Shown: piece by piece, positions 44,891-53,023 of the stretch
Layout: every line of letters starts with the position of its first letter
Numbering within the stretch: the first letter of the stretch is position 1
Sequence record: MK514281.1
Direction: 5' to 3' (one strand)
DNA length: 64,000 nucleotides
Notes under the pieces: generated by a model
What the model saw: the letters and a program-made list of their open reading frames with translations, nothing else
The model's database searches: none
What the model was told of the DNA's origin: nothing
Position numbers and translations under genes: made by a program

Positions 44891-45400
44891 TTAGATCAAC
44901 ACCCCGTTAAACGGTACCGGTGTGCCACCATTTAACGGAGTCCACCGCATCACAACACCCTGGGTATTGTCGTAGTAAATAAAGTCAAGCAAAGTACGAC
45001 CGTTAAATGATCCGTAGGAATTACTGGTGAAGCCGTTGCGGTTGACACCCGGATAGGAACCTCTACTGACATAAGGCCCAAGTTTCATTAAACAAAATTG
45101 TTTATTCGCCAACATGTAATCAAACATCGTTTGTGCCGGGCATGCATGTCGTGCGATCCTGGCCCAGGTTGAATCGTGAGTATAATAATTTAAATAGGGC
45201 GATCCCCACATGTTACCGCCATCGGCCGTCATGGAGATTCTGGCATAGCCGTTCGTAAACGTGGTGGACGACGGTGTACCTGAACTGGACACCGCAGTGA
45301 CCGCACTGTACTTAGCGGTATTGGTATTTAACCAGTTAACAAAATCAGCATAGCTCATCTTCACAGTTTTCTTGCCAGCGTACATTAATAACTCGAGCAT
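44891..45400 (-). CDS. Putative tail-fibre-associated protein, paralog 2
   Basis: GAGGT SD before MLELLMYAG; shares ARHA, LMKL, RNGF, LDFIYYD and FNG.L. Confidence 0.65.
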   Translation of the reverse strand: MLELLMYAGKKTVKMSYADFVNWLNTNTAKYSAVTAVSSSGTPSSTTFTNGYARISMTADGGNMWGSPYLNYYTHDSTWARIARHACPAQTMFDYMLANKQFCLMKLGPYVSRGSYPGVNRNGFTSNSYGSFNGRTLLDFIYYDNTQGVVMRWTPLNGGTPVPFNGVLI

Positions 45401-45472
45401 AACTACCACCTCAAAATAAAATCCCGTTAGCAAGGGTTCTGGTTATCTAATACATGACTTATAGGATTTAGC

Positions 45473-45503
45473 CGGCATAACGGAGCAGGCAACGCCCACT
45501 CCT
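45473..45503 (-). terminator. Minus-strand hairpin + TTATGCCG
   Basis: CGGCATAA to the left of an imperfect GGAG..CTCC hairpin; the minus-strand gene ends at 45543. Confidence 0.5.
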
Positions 45504-45542
45504 GAATCCTGGTGTGAATAACGGTTGGTCGATTGGAGTATT

Positions 45543-46520
45543 TTAACCCGCTGTAGTTTGATCTGGGTAACCTCGACCTGTCCCCCAGACAATACGAACA
45601 ATACCATCAGCACCACTGCCTAACAAACTGGTGCCGTCACTCTTGTACTGACTTGCCCCGCCGCCTCCTGCACCCCCGCCTGGAATCGCGGTCGGTATCC
45701 CCGCTCCTGATCCCGGCAGATCCTTGATACGTCCTGTCGATTTAATTCCCCCGCCACCCCGGCCGGTATAGATCTTGGTGGTGCCTTGCGTTGTCAGGGT
45801 AACATTCCCGCCATAACCCGCTCCTGTATCCGTAGGGTTAGTGGGGGTTGCGCCATACGCACAGCCTGTACCACCATCACCCATGTAGCCACCCGCACCA
45901 CCTCCGCCAACCGCACGTGTCGTTAATGACCCTGTACCACCCTTTCCGCCCGCACCGCCACCAACAATAGGTTTGGTAGCAGGGTGCTGGATAGGGTTAT
46001 TGGCAATCCCCGCTAACACACCCCCGACGACATTTAACAACCCGCCGACCAAACCACCGACTAATCCCCCTACTATATCCACCAATACCAGATCCAGGAG
46101 ATTACCGGAAAGTCCATTCGATTGCGGCATGACGGTAACTGCCGTGTTACCGGATGCGTCCTCCCCGCCACCCACTGCTTTTAACAGATAAGTGCCATTA
46201 CGTGCTATCCCGGAGAAAGACCCTTTATTCGCTGTGAAGGCGGTTTTAACGGGCGTTGGTGTACCAACCCCACCTTGCCCTACCACAACCGTCATCTTCT
46301 CACCAGGGGTCACAGGGATCGCATTACGGTAACGTAACGTTCCGCCATTCCCGCCGGTGTGTACAAGGGTAGTGCTACTGGCTGATTGCCCGCCCCCTAC
46401 TGCGACGGCACTCATACTTGTTGCCCCTTCTGGCACAATCAGTTCATACACCCCCGCCTTTGTGAAGAGCGTTTCTAGGGGTAACTTAATGTGTGTCTTG
46501 TTTAACAATAACCCAATCAT
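45543..46520 (-). CDS. Glycine-rich tail-fibre/adhesin-like virion protein
   Basis: AVAVGGG, GGGAGGKGG, GADGIVRIVWG glycine-rich-domain pattern. Confidence 0.7.
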   Translation of the reverse strand: MIGLLLNKTHIKLPLETLFTKAGVYELIVPEGATSMSAVAVGGGQSASSTTLVHTGGNGGTLRYRNAIPVTPGEKMTVVVGQGGVGTPTPVKTAFTANKGSFSGIARNGTYLLKAVGGGEDASGNTAVTVMPQSNGLSGNLLDLVLVDIVGGLVGGLVGGLLNVVGGVLAGIANNPIQHPATKPIVGGGAGGKGGTGSLTTRAVGGGGAGGYMGDGGTGCAYGATPTNPTDTGAGYGGNVTLTTQGTTKIYTGRGGGGIKSTGRIKDLPGSGAGIPTAIPGGGAGGGGASQYKSDGTSLLGSGADGIVRIVWGTGRGYPDQTTAG

Positions 46521-46577
46521 GCATCATCCTTCTAGAATGAGTACCTTGACGACCTACTCGCGTCATAGCATTCCAGC

Positions 46578-46621
46578 CGGCATAAGGGAGTGGATACCCT
46601 GACCGTAGCCAAGGTATCCAC
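46578..46621 (-). terminator. Minus-strand hairpin + TTATGCCG
   Basis: CGGCATAA then GTGGATACC...GGTATCCAC; the polymerase gene ends at 46630. Confidence 0.6.
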
Positions 46622-46629
46622 GTGGTGCG

Positions 46630-48351
46630 TCAAGCCGCAGCCATGAAATCGATCTCGATATGTTTTTCTACCATGAAGTCTTTCAGTAACGTAATGGTCT
46701 CAGGTGCTTTGTACAACTTACGCGCAAGTTCACCGGCATTGTTCATACCACCGGCTGCCAGGTTAACTGCTACCTGACGATACTCCGTATCATCCAATCC
46801 TTCGATCTGGGTCATCTCAATCCAGGTGGTTTGTTTCCCCACATTCATGATGACCGTACCGGTCGGATATGCCCCTTCTACGTCGATGTCGTTCGTACCT
46901 GTACGGACATAGGACTTGACGTTCGGCAGTTCTTTAAACATCGCTTTGCCGTTTAAGGCAACCAGCTCTGTTGGGAGCATAACGATCCAGCCACCGAGAC
47001 CCTGAATGTGATCATCCAGTTCGGTACGCATCTGATCCGATGTGGTACCCCAGATATACCCTTCTTTCATCACATCGTAATGCATCGCCTCAGCGATACG
47101 TGTCGGCTGCGATATAAAGTTACGGTAGTCTGACACCCCGCAGAACGTTGGAACCGCTACAGAGAGATCTGAGGTCTTCTCGTCCATCATTTCAACCACG
47201 ATGCAGTCGAAGATGTTATACATCACATATTCGTACTTGTAGTTGCTCTGCATGAACTCATGCCAGTCCGCCCCGTGGTACCCTTCGGCTTCACTGAACT
47301 TCATCTTGGTCACACCGAGTATTTTCTCAGCGATGTTATCCAGTTTGTAGTTCAGCTCTTTACCGTTCATGGTGCGCAGGTAGTAATAGGCTGACATCGA
47401 TTCAGCCCAACGGAACGACGCAGGGGCATTGACGTAAGGCCACTTCTCATAGTTAGCTAATGATGTCTTGGTGACTTCTTTGCCATCATTTTTTACTTTG
47501 TGGGTTTTGCCCTCGTAGTAATAAACGTTACGGTACTCTTGTGGTACCGAGGGATCGCAAATAACGTCAGCAGGGTTGATGCCGGCATTAGTTAATGTTT
47601 GGGTAAGGACCTTGTAGTCGAACTCGAGTACGTTCCAACCAGTGATAAAATCAGGCATCCACTCATGGGCGCGTTCAAACAGTTTGACAAAGCCATCCGC
47701 CGCACTGTCAACCAACACGAACTCTGGGTTGGTGATGCTGCGTTTGGTTGCCCAGTCACCCAGGTATTTATCCCAGGCCAGTTTCAGCTTCTGATGAATA
47801 CGCTCATCCGCTTCCCCGCCAAAGTAGCGACGGATCACAAAGGTAAAGGTGCGTTCTTTAAAGGTTAAGGATGCCATGATCGGCTCACCCTTATACCGCT
47901 CGTCTACCATTTCGGTTTCGATATCGAACACACTGATTTTGTACGGTGTAAAGGTATCAGGAAACTTCGCTTCATACATCGCTTTGACGATCGAGGAGGG
48001 TTCAATGTCAGCGCCATACACGTACGGACTGCGACACACCCGACGCAACTGCTGATCAGTAGCGCCTTTTCCCAGCATCTTTGAGATGTGGTTAGGAAGA
48101 TCCCACTGCGGGCAACTGAACTTCTGCAGCTTGGACAGCTCTTCGTAATCTTTCTTATCCTGGTGATTGCGGTACGCTGGTTTGGTGAGGTAGTAATCAC
48201 GCTTCATGTCTTTGATGATGCGGGTGTGGGGTTTGCTGTTCCCGTTCTCGTCAATCACATTCTCTTTCACGAAGATGATGTCTGATTTGCCGCGCAGAGA
48301 AAGGGTATAGATCGCGTGCTTGCATTCGAAACGAAGGTTATTGCTGCTCAT
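46630..48351 (-). CDS. Split family-B DNA polymerase, 3'-5' exonuclease/N-terminal part (phiKZ gp82-like)
   Basis: ExoI FDIET, ExoII GWNVLEFDY, ExoIII YNIFDC, Pol motif A DVEGAYP; motifs B and C are absent. Confidence 0.85.
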   Translation of the reverse strand: MSSNNLRFECKHAIYTLSLRGKSDIIFVKENVIDENGNSKPHTRIIKDMKRDYYLTKPAYRNHQDKKDYEELSKLQKFSCPQWDLPNHISKMLGKGATDQQLRRVCRSPYVYGADIEPSSIVKAMYEAKFPDTFTPYKISVFDIETEMVDERYKGEPIMASLTFKERTFTFVIRRYFGGEADERIHQKLKLAWDKYLGDWATKRSITNPEFVLVDSAADGFVKLFERAHEWMPDFITGWNVLEFDYKVLTQTLTNAGINPADVICDPSVPQEYRNVYYYEGKTHKVKNDGKEVTKTSLANYEKWPYVNAPASFRWAESMSAYYYLRTMNGKELNYKLDNIAEKILGVTKMKFSEAEGYHGADWHEFMQSNYKYEYVMYNIFDCIVVEMMDEKTSDLSVAVPTFCGVSDYRNFISQPTRIAEAMHYDVMKEGYIWGTTSDQMRTELDDHIQGLGGWIVMLPTELVALNGKAMFKELPNVKSYVRTGTNDIDVEGAYPTGTVIMNVGKQTTWIEMTQIEGLDDTEYRQVAVNLAAGGMNNAGELARKLYKAPETITLLKDFMVEKHIEIDFMAAA

Positions 48352-48361
48352 GATGAATGAT

Positions 48362-48370
48362 AATCCTATG
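48362..48370 (+). promoter_or_regulatory. Putative late promoter (TATG-type)
   Basis: AATCCTATG upstream of the head-protein operon. Confidence 0.45.
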
Positions 48371-48451
48371 TCAAAACACTACAAAGTGCACCAGTGTTTA
48401 ATACGCGTTATAACATCAGGCGTGCAACTACATTTATACAAAGGAGATCAC

Positions 48452-49714
48452 ATGATCCTATCTAGCGGTCTGGAAGCGATTAGCTTTCAAAAGAATCCGC
48501 TCTTTTACAAACAGCTGGTTGTCGAATTCGGCCGTCTGATGGAACTTGCTAAAGCCAACGGTAAGAAGCGCCTGACCGAAGAGATGATGGCGCAGTCTAA
48601 TCTGGCGAAGATCACCATGGCGAACACCGGTATCAAAGTCTCGCCTGGAGTGGATACCCGCATGCAGTGTAATGCGTACGTTATGATCCCAAGTATCAAC
48701 TCCTATCACGTCTTCAATGACCGCATGCGTCAGATCTTCTCAGGTTATGCCGAATCGTTTGAGCAGTTTCGTAAAGCCAACGATGTGCTGATTGGGTTGG
48801 TTGATCTACAGAACTCCAAAGTGGGCGGGGTCTTCTCGACTATCGATCACCGCATCTGTCTATCGTACGATATCATGACCGACTACGACATGACCCCGGG
48901 TGAAGTCGCTGCCATCTACATGCATGAAGTCGGCCATGCCTTTACCTTCCTGGAGATGCTGCATTATACCGCTACCACCAACCTGGTGCTGACCGCCGGC
49001 ATTGAAGCGATCATCAAATCAGAAACTTCCCGTAAGCATGTCATCTTAAGTGATATCGAAAACTCCTTAGGGATTAAGATCGATAATAAAGATGAACTGG
49101 TCGCTTACGACAAGTATGAAGATTATGCTGTCACGATCCTGTCGAAGTACAACCGCACCTTAGCAGCAGCCCTGGGTTCACCGGCACACGATGAATCGAT
49201 GTCTGAGCAGATGGCGGATATGTTTGCCACCCGACATGGCGCGGGATTGGATCTGGCGCGCGGATTGTCCCGTATTCACAAATATTACAATTCACCGAAG
49301 TTTAAGTTTGCCCGCTATCTGGAGATCTTTGTTGGCATCCTGCAGACCATGGGCTTGTCCCTGGTGTTCGATGTGCTGGGAGTAATCGTTGTCCTGACTG
49401 TCGGTAACTTCTTTGGTGGGACGTATGACCGGGCGAAAGACCGTTTCATCCGCATGCGTAATGAGATCGTGGTCGGCCTGAAAGATGAAGAGATCAGTGC
49501 AGCTGACCGCAAACTCTTGATCAGTCATATCGCCGAGCTGGACAAGATCATTGCCCAGGCCAAAAACGAAAGCTCCTTTGTCGAGCGGCTGTCCCTGGTG
49601 GTGCGCGCCAGCCAGCGTGAGCGGTATGCCAGCAAGTACCTGCAAAAGGATCTTGAAGCCCTTCTTAATAATCCGCTCTATGTCAGTGCGGCCAAACTGA
49701 AAACATTGCAATAA
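48452..49714 (+). CDS. Virion head protein with gluzincin-type motif
   Basis: AAGGAG SD; N-terminal SGLE|A processing site; MHEVGH plus EQMADMFA. Confidence 0.7.
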   Translation: MILSSGLEAISFQKNPLFYKQLVVEFGRLMELAKANGKKRLTEEMMAQSNLAKITMANTGIKVSPGVDTRMQCNAYVMIPSINSYHVFNDRMRQIFSGYAESFEQFRKANDVLIGLVDLQNSKVGGVFSTIDHRICLSYDIMTDYDMTPGEVAAIYMHEVGHAFTFLEMLHYTATTNLVLTAGIEAIIKSETSRKHVILSDIENSLGIKIDNKDELVAYDKYEDYAVTILSKYNRTLAAALGSPAHDESMSEQMADMFATRHGAGLDLARGLSRIHKYYNSPKFKFARYLEIFVGILQTMGLSLVFDVLGVIVVLTVGNFFGGTYDRAKDRFIRMRNEIVVGLKDEEISAADRKLLISHIAELDKIIAQAKNESSFVERLSLVVRASQRERYASKYLQKDLEALLNNPLYVSAAKLKTLQ

Positions 49715-49727
49715 GGATTCATCAGAA

Positions 49728-50234
49728 ATGATTATTGACGTAGCAGAATTAAAGAAACAGATCGTGTCGGTGCGTTCTATTGCAGAGATCCCAACTACCC
49801 TGCGTACTAAACTGATTGAAACCGGTCTGGCCCGTGCGGTAGCGTATGGTGTTGATCTGCCAAAAGAGCTGGTCGGCAACCCGGTCTCCTATTTCGCCAG
49901 TAACGCCACTGACGCTAAGCAGGCACTGGCGGTGATCAACGAAACCAACGTGATCAACATCTCCCGTATCCTGTCACTCGCCACCATCATCTGGCAGGCA
50001 CGCTACAACATGGTTTATCTGCCCGCCACTCGCGAGTCCATGGAGTTGACCCATCAGGTATTGTCCGATCAACGCGAATGGTTGTTCGATGCAGAGCAGC
50101 AGGATTTCCTGTCGGCGACCATTGGCGACGGTACGGTGCAAGACAGCCTGAAGCTGGCTCTGTTAACCTTCACCTGCCCGGCTGTGATCAACCCTAACCA
50201 GGTAGCACCAGTCACCACCGCTGACGAGGAGTAA
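49728..50234 (+). CDS. Putative virion structural protein
   Basis: In the late operon; AAGGA SD. Confidence 0.65.
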   Translation: MIIDVAELKKQIVSVRSIAEIPTTLRTKLIETGLARAVAYGVDLPKELVGNPVSYFASNATDAKQALAVINETNVINISRILSLATIIWQARYNMVYLPATRESMELTHQVLSDQREWLFDAEQQDFLSATIGDGTVQDSLKLALLTFTCPAVINPNQVAPVTTADEE

Positions 50235-50236
50235 TC

Positions 50237-51703
50237 ATGTCTATTGATCTGATCGCTTCCTTTATCGACGATTCGGGCAATGTCCCGATGACGGCGCTGA
50301 CCGTGGTAAAGAAAGAGAACGACGAAGCCAACGCACAACTGCCGAAACAGGTAGCGATGCTGAAAGCCTCTAACGAACGTATCGTTGAACTTCAGTCTGT
50401 GATCGAGCGCGTACGTCGTGAAGGCATGAGCCGTGAAGTTGCCGCGATTGTTGCCTCGATTGCACCCGAAGCGCTGCCGGTTGGCTACGGTGCTGAAGGT
50501 TTCACTGAGCAACCCTCAAAGCTCGGGATGGCCGCTGGTCTGGAATCGATCACCGCCTATGTGATTGATGGCATCAAACGTCTGATCGCATTCCTGATTG
50601 ATAAGGCCAAGAAAGCCGCTGCCTTTATTGTGGATCAGTATCGTCGTCTGACGGGCATTGCTCCCACTGCGTACAAGATCGATCGTCGTGCTGCTTATCT
50701 TACGGCGATGTCTGTCCGGTTTGCTCAGCACTTCGGTACGGATCTGGCGACCCTGTTAGAGCAGGATATCAATGCCGGCTTTACCAGTATCGAAAGTACC
50801 CGTATGGTATTAAGCGGAATGTTTGCTGATGCGGAAGTGCTGCAGGCGGATCTGTCTAAATATGGCAAGCACATCAATGTCATGTCCAAACAGATCGAAG
50901 CGTTACTGGCAGATGCGCCAGCACGTGTGGTGCGGGTCAATGCGATTGTTAATGATGTCACGGTATCGCGCAATGGCAGCAACGATCGCAGTGCAGAGAT
51001 CCTGCGTCTGATCGACACCCGTAACCTCGATGCCCTGGTTAGTACGTTGCGCAGCGTAAGTAAGTTACTGGTCAGCAGCCCGATGTACAAATCCACTGGC
51101 GCCGGTAAAGACGGCAAAATCAAACAGACTATCCTTGAGCAGTTAAACAGCGATGGTTTCCGTGAGATGATGTCCGGTCTTTCCATGGCTGCTAATGCTG
51201 GCATGACCCACACCATGGACATGACGGATGCCTCGGCGATCATTCGCTCACGTAATCTGGCTGAGGCTGTTAAAGAGCTCACCAATTACGAAGAAGTGAA
51301 GAAGCGTTCACTGGATGACCTCAAGTCTGCTACTGGTTCGATCAACAGCAACAAATATGTGCAGGCCGCTGAACAGTCACCGGGTGATGACCCGACCATG
51401 GCAGCTGTGGTGCAGTTTAACCAATACTGGGATGATGTCACGACCGCCGTAAAAGTGGCACAGGACATCACCACCGCCTACGCGGAGACAGTATTCAAAC
51501 TGCAGCTGTTCTCGGTGCGTTGTCAGGATCTGGCGCTGGTACAGTGGTCCGCTAACCCAGCCAATGCCGGCCTGGCAGAAGCCAATGCCGCGACTGAACG
51601 TCTGCAGGCGGTGGTCAAGCAGTATCTGGATAAGGTCGTGAAGAACACCACGGGCTTGAAAGGTGCGCTGGATGACCTCGGCAAACTGGTCAATCAACTG
51701 TAA
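50237..51703 (+). CDS. Head/inner-body protein, proteolytically processed family
   Basis: GFTEQPS...AGLE|S followed by an amphipathic helix; N-region similar to the next gene. Confidence 0.7.
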   Translation: MSIDLIASFIDDSGNVPMTALTVVKKENDEANAQLPKQVAMLKASNERIVELQSVIERVRREGMSREVAAIVASIAPEALPVGYGAEGFTEQPSKLGMAAGLESITAYVIDGIKRLIAFLIDKAKKAAAFIVDQYRRLTGIAPTAYKIDRRAAYLTAMSVRFAQHFGTDLATLLEQDINAGFTSIESTRMVLSGMFADAEVLQADLSKYGKHINVMSKQIEALLADAPARVVRVNAIVNDVTVSRNGSNDRSAEILRLIDTRNLDALVSTLRSVSKLLVSSPMYKSTGAGKDGKIKQTILEQLNSDGFREMMSGLSMAANAGMTHTMDMTDASAIIRSRNLAEAVKELTNYEEVKKRSLDDLKSATGSINSNKYVQAAEQSPGDDPTMAAVVQFNQYWDDVTTAVKVAQDITTAYAETVFKLQLFSVRCQDLALVQWSANPANAGLAEANAATERLQAVVKQYLDKVVKNTTGLKGALDDLGKLVNQL

Positions 51704-51712
51704 GGAAATCGC

Positions 51713-52969
51713 ATGGAATCCACATTACTTCAAACGATCAATGAAACCACGGAGTTGTGTGACTCTTTGATTTCGTTGTCACAACGTCTTGAGATGTTGG
51801 GTCCCATTGCTGCTGAATCCGTTAACTTCGCAAAGATCCATGAATCGATTAACCTGAAGGTGGCGAAGATTGCCGCTTCGATGGAGTCGATTGAAGCTAA
51901 CGGCATCAACCAGGAGGCGGTGTTAGAAATCAATACTGCCATGCCTGGTATCATTCCCAACACCATCCCTCTTAATGGATACACCAAAGCCCGCAGTCAG
52001 ATGAATGTGGGGTTTGCCTTAGAGTCGTTGGAGTCAGGTAAAGCAGCAATGATCTCCGGTTCAGTAACAGGGATCGTGGCCGTGATCGTCAAACTGTTTC
52101 GTTGGGTTGTCATGACCATCAAGCAGTATGTCAAATCACGCCGTGATGCGAACCGTCTCGGTGTCTCTGTGACACAAGCACTGCAACGTGCGGGAACGAT
52201 CAACGAATACCTGTTAGAACAGTTGGCAAAAACCCCAGAAGCCAAAGCCGCCCGTCCGGGCTTTGAATGGTTGGTATCGATCTGGCGTCCGCAGGCTGGG
52301 ATCTTTAAGTTCAATGAAGATGCACTGGTGCAGTGGTGGCCAGAACTCGTCAATGAACTGGAGTACGAATACAACCAGATCAGCAAGGCGTTTGACATGC
52401 TGCGTAGCGGTGGGTCGTTTGTCCCGAACATTGCGAAAGCGCATCAGTCCCCCTCCATGAAGCGTTTCTTTGAAGCCTTACCGCAAGGGACGGATCGTCA
52501 AGGGAACATCGTTGAGGTAGAGCTGGCGAAGAAGCAGTTTCAGGAGAACCCACAGCGTGCGTTGTTCCAGCTGGCTGAGCGTCTGCGCTACATGATCATG
52601 CGTGAGCCTAAATCAAAAGGTACTGACTTTGGGCAAGAGCTGATCTCAGTAGGTCGCAGTATTGAAGCCTACACCAATGTGGATCGTCTGGTGTTTGATC
52701 AGCTGAATACCTACGACACCAACAATCGATTAGGGAAACTGGAAGAGGCGTTTGGTGCGTTGTATAAGCAAGTCCAAGCCACACGCTACACTGCAGACAA
52801 AGCCCTGGTTGATGAGTTCGTGGGTTACCTGAACCGTTATTCAGAAAAGCTTAACTGTTTCGTGCAACTGATCACCATTGTGAGTTACCTGGATAGCTGT
52901 AGTTTCCAGATCCTTGACAATGTCTCCAAAGCTACCATGAAGTACGTTGATATTGCTGCCAGTAATTAA
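51713..52969 (+). CDS. Head/inner-body protein, proteolytically processed family
   Basis: GYTKARS...ALE|SLE|S; AAGGA SD. Confidence 0.7.
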   Translation: MESTLLQTINETTELCDSLISLSQRLEMLGPIAAESVNFAKIHESINLKVAKIAASMESIEANGINQEAVLEINTAMPGIIPNTIPLNGYTKARSQMNVGFALESLESGKAAMISGSVTGIVAVIVKLFRWVVMTIKQYVKSRRDANRLGVSVTQALQRAGTINEYLLEQLAKTPEAKAARPGFEWLVSIWRPQAGIFKFNEDALVQWWPELVNELEYEYNQISKAFDMLRSGGSFVPNIAKAHQSPSMKRFFEALPQGTDRQGNIVEVELAKKQFQENPQRALFQLAERLRYMIMREPKSKGTDFGQELISVGRSIEAYTNVDRLVFDQLNTYDTNNRLGKLEEAFGALYKQVQATRYTADKALVDEFVGYLNRYSEKLNCFVQLITIVSYLDSCSFQILDNVSKATMKYVDIAASN

Positions 52970-52971
52970 AT

Positions 52972-53023
52972 CGGCATAAAGGCCTGGCCTTCCTTGCGGA
53001 GGGCCAGAGCCTTGCTTATGCCG
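52972..53023. terminator. Bidirectional terminator
   Basis: CGGCATAA...hairpin...TTATGCCG between convergent genes. Confidence 0.75.

Noticed and set aside
46630-48351. Truncated or pseudogenised DNA polymerase
   Set aside because: A split PolB with the exonuclease part encoded separately is the established arrangement in phiKZ-like phages.
48320-48451. N-terminal extensions given by the ORF track (also 8878, 17708, 21899, 24521, 26304, 29947, 31714, 39065)
   Set aside because: They overlap neighbouring genes, terminators or promoters, and downstream ATGs are better placed, most with a clear Shine-Dalgarno.
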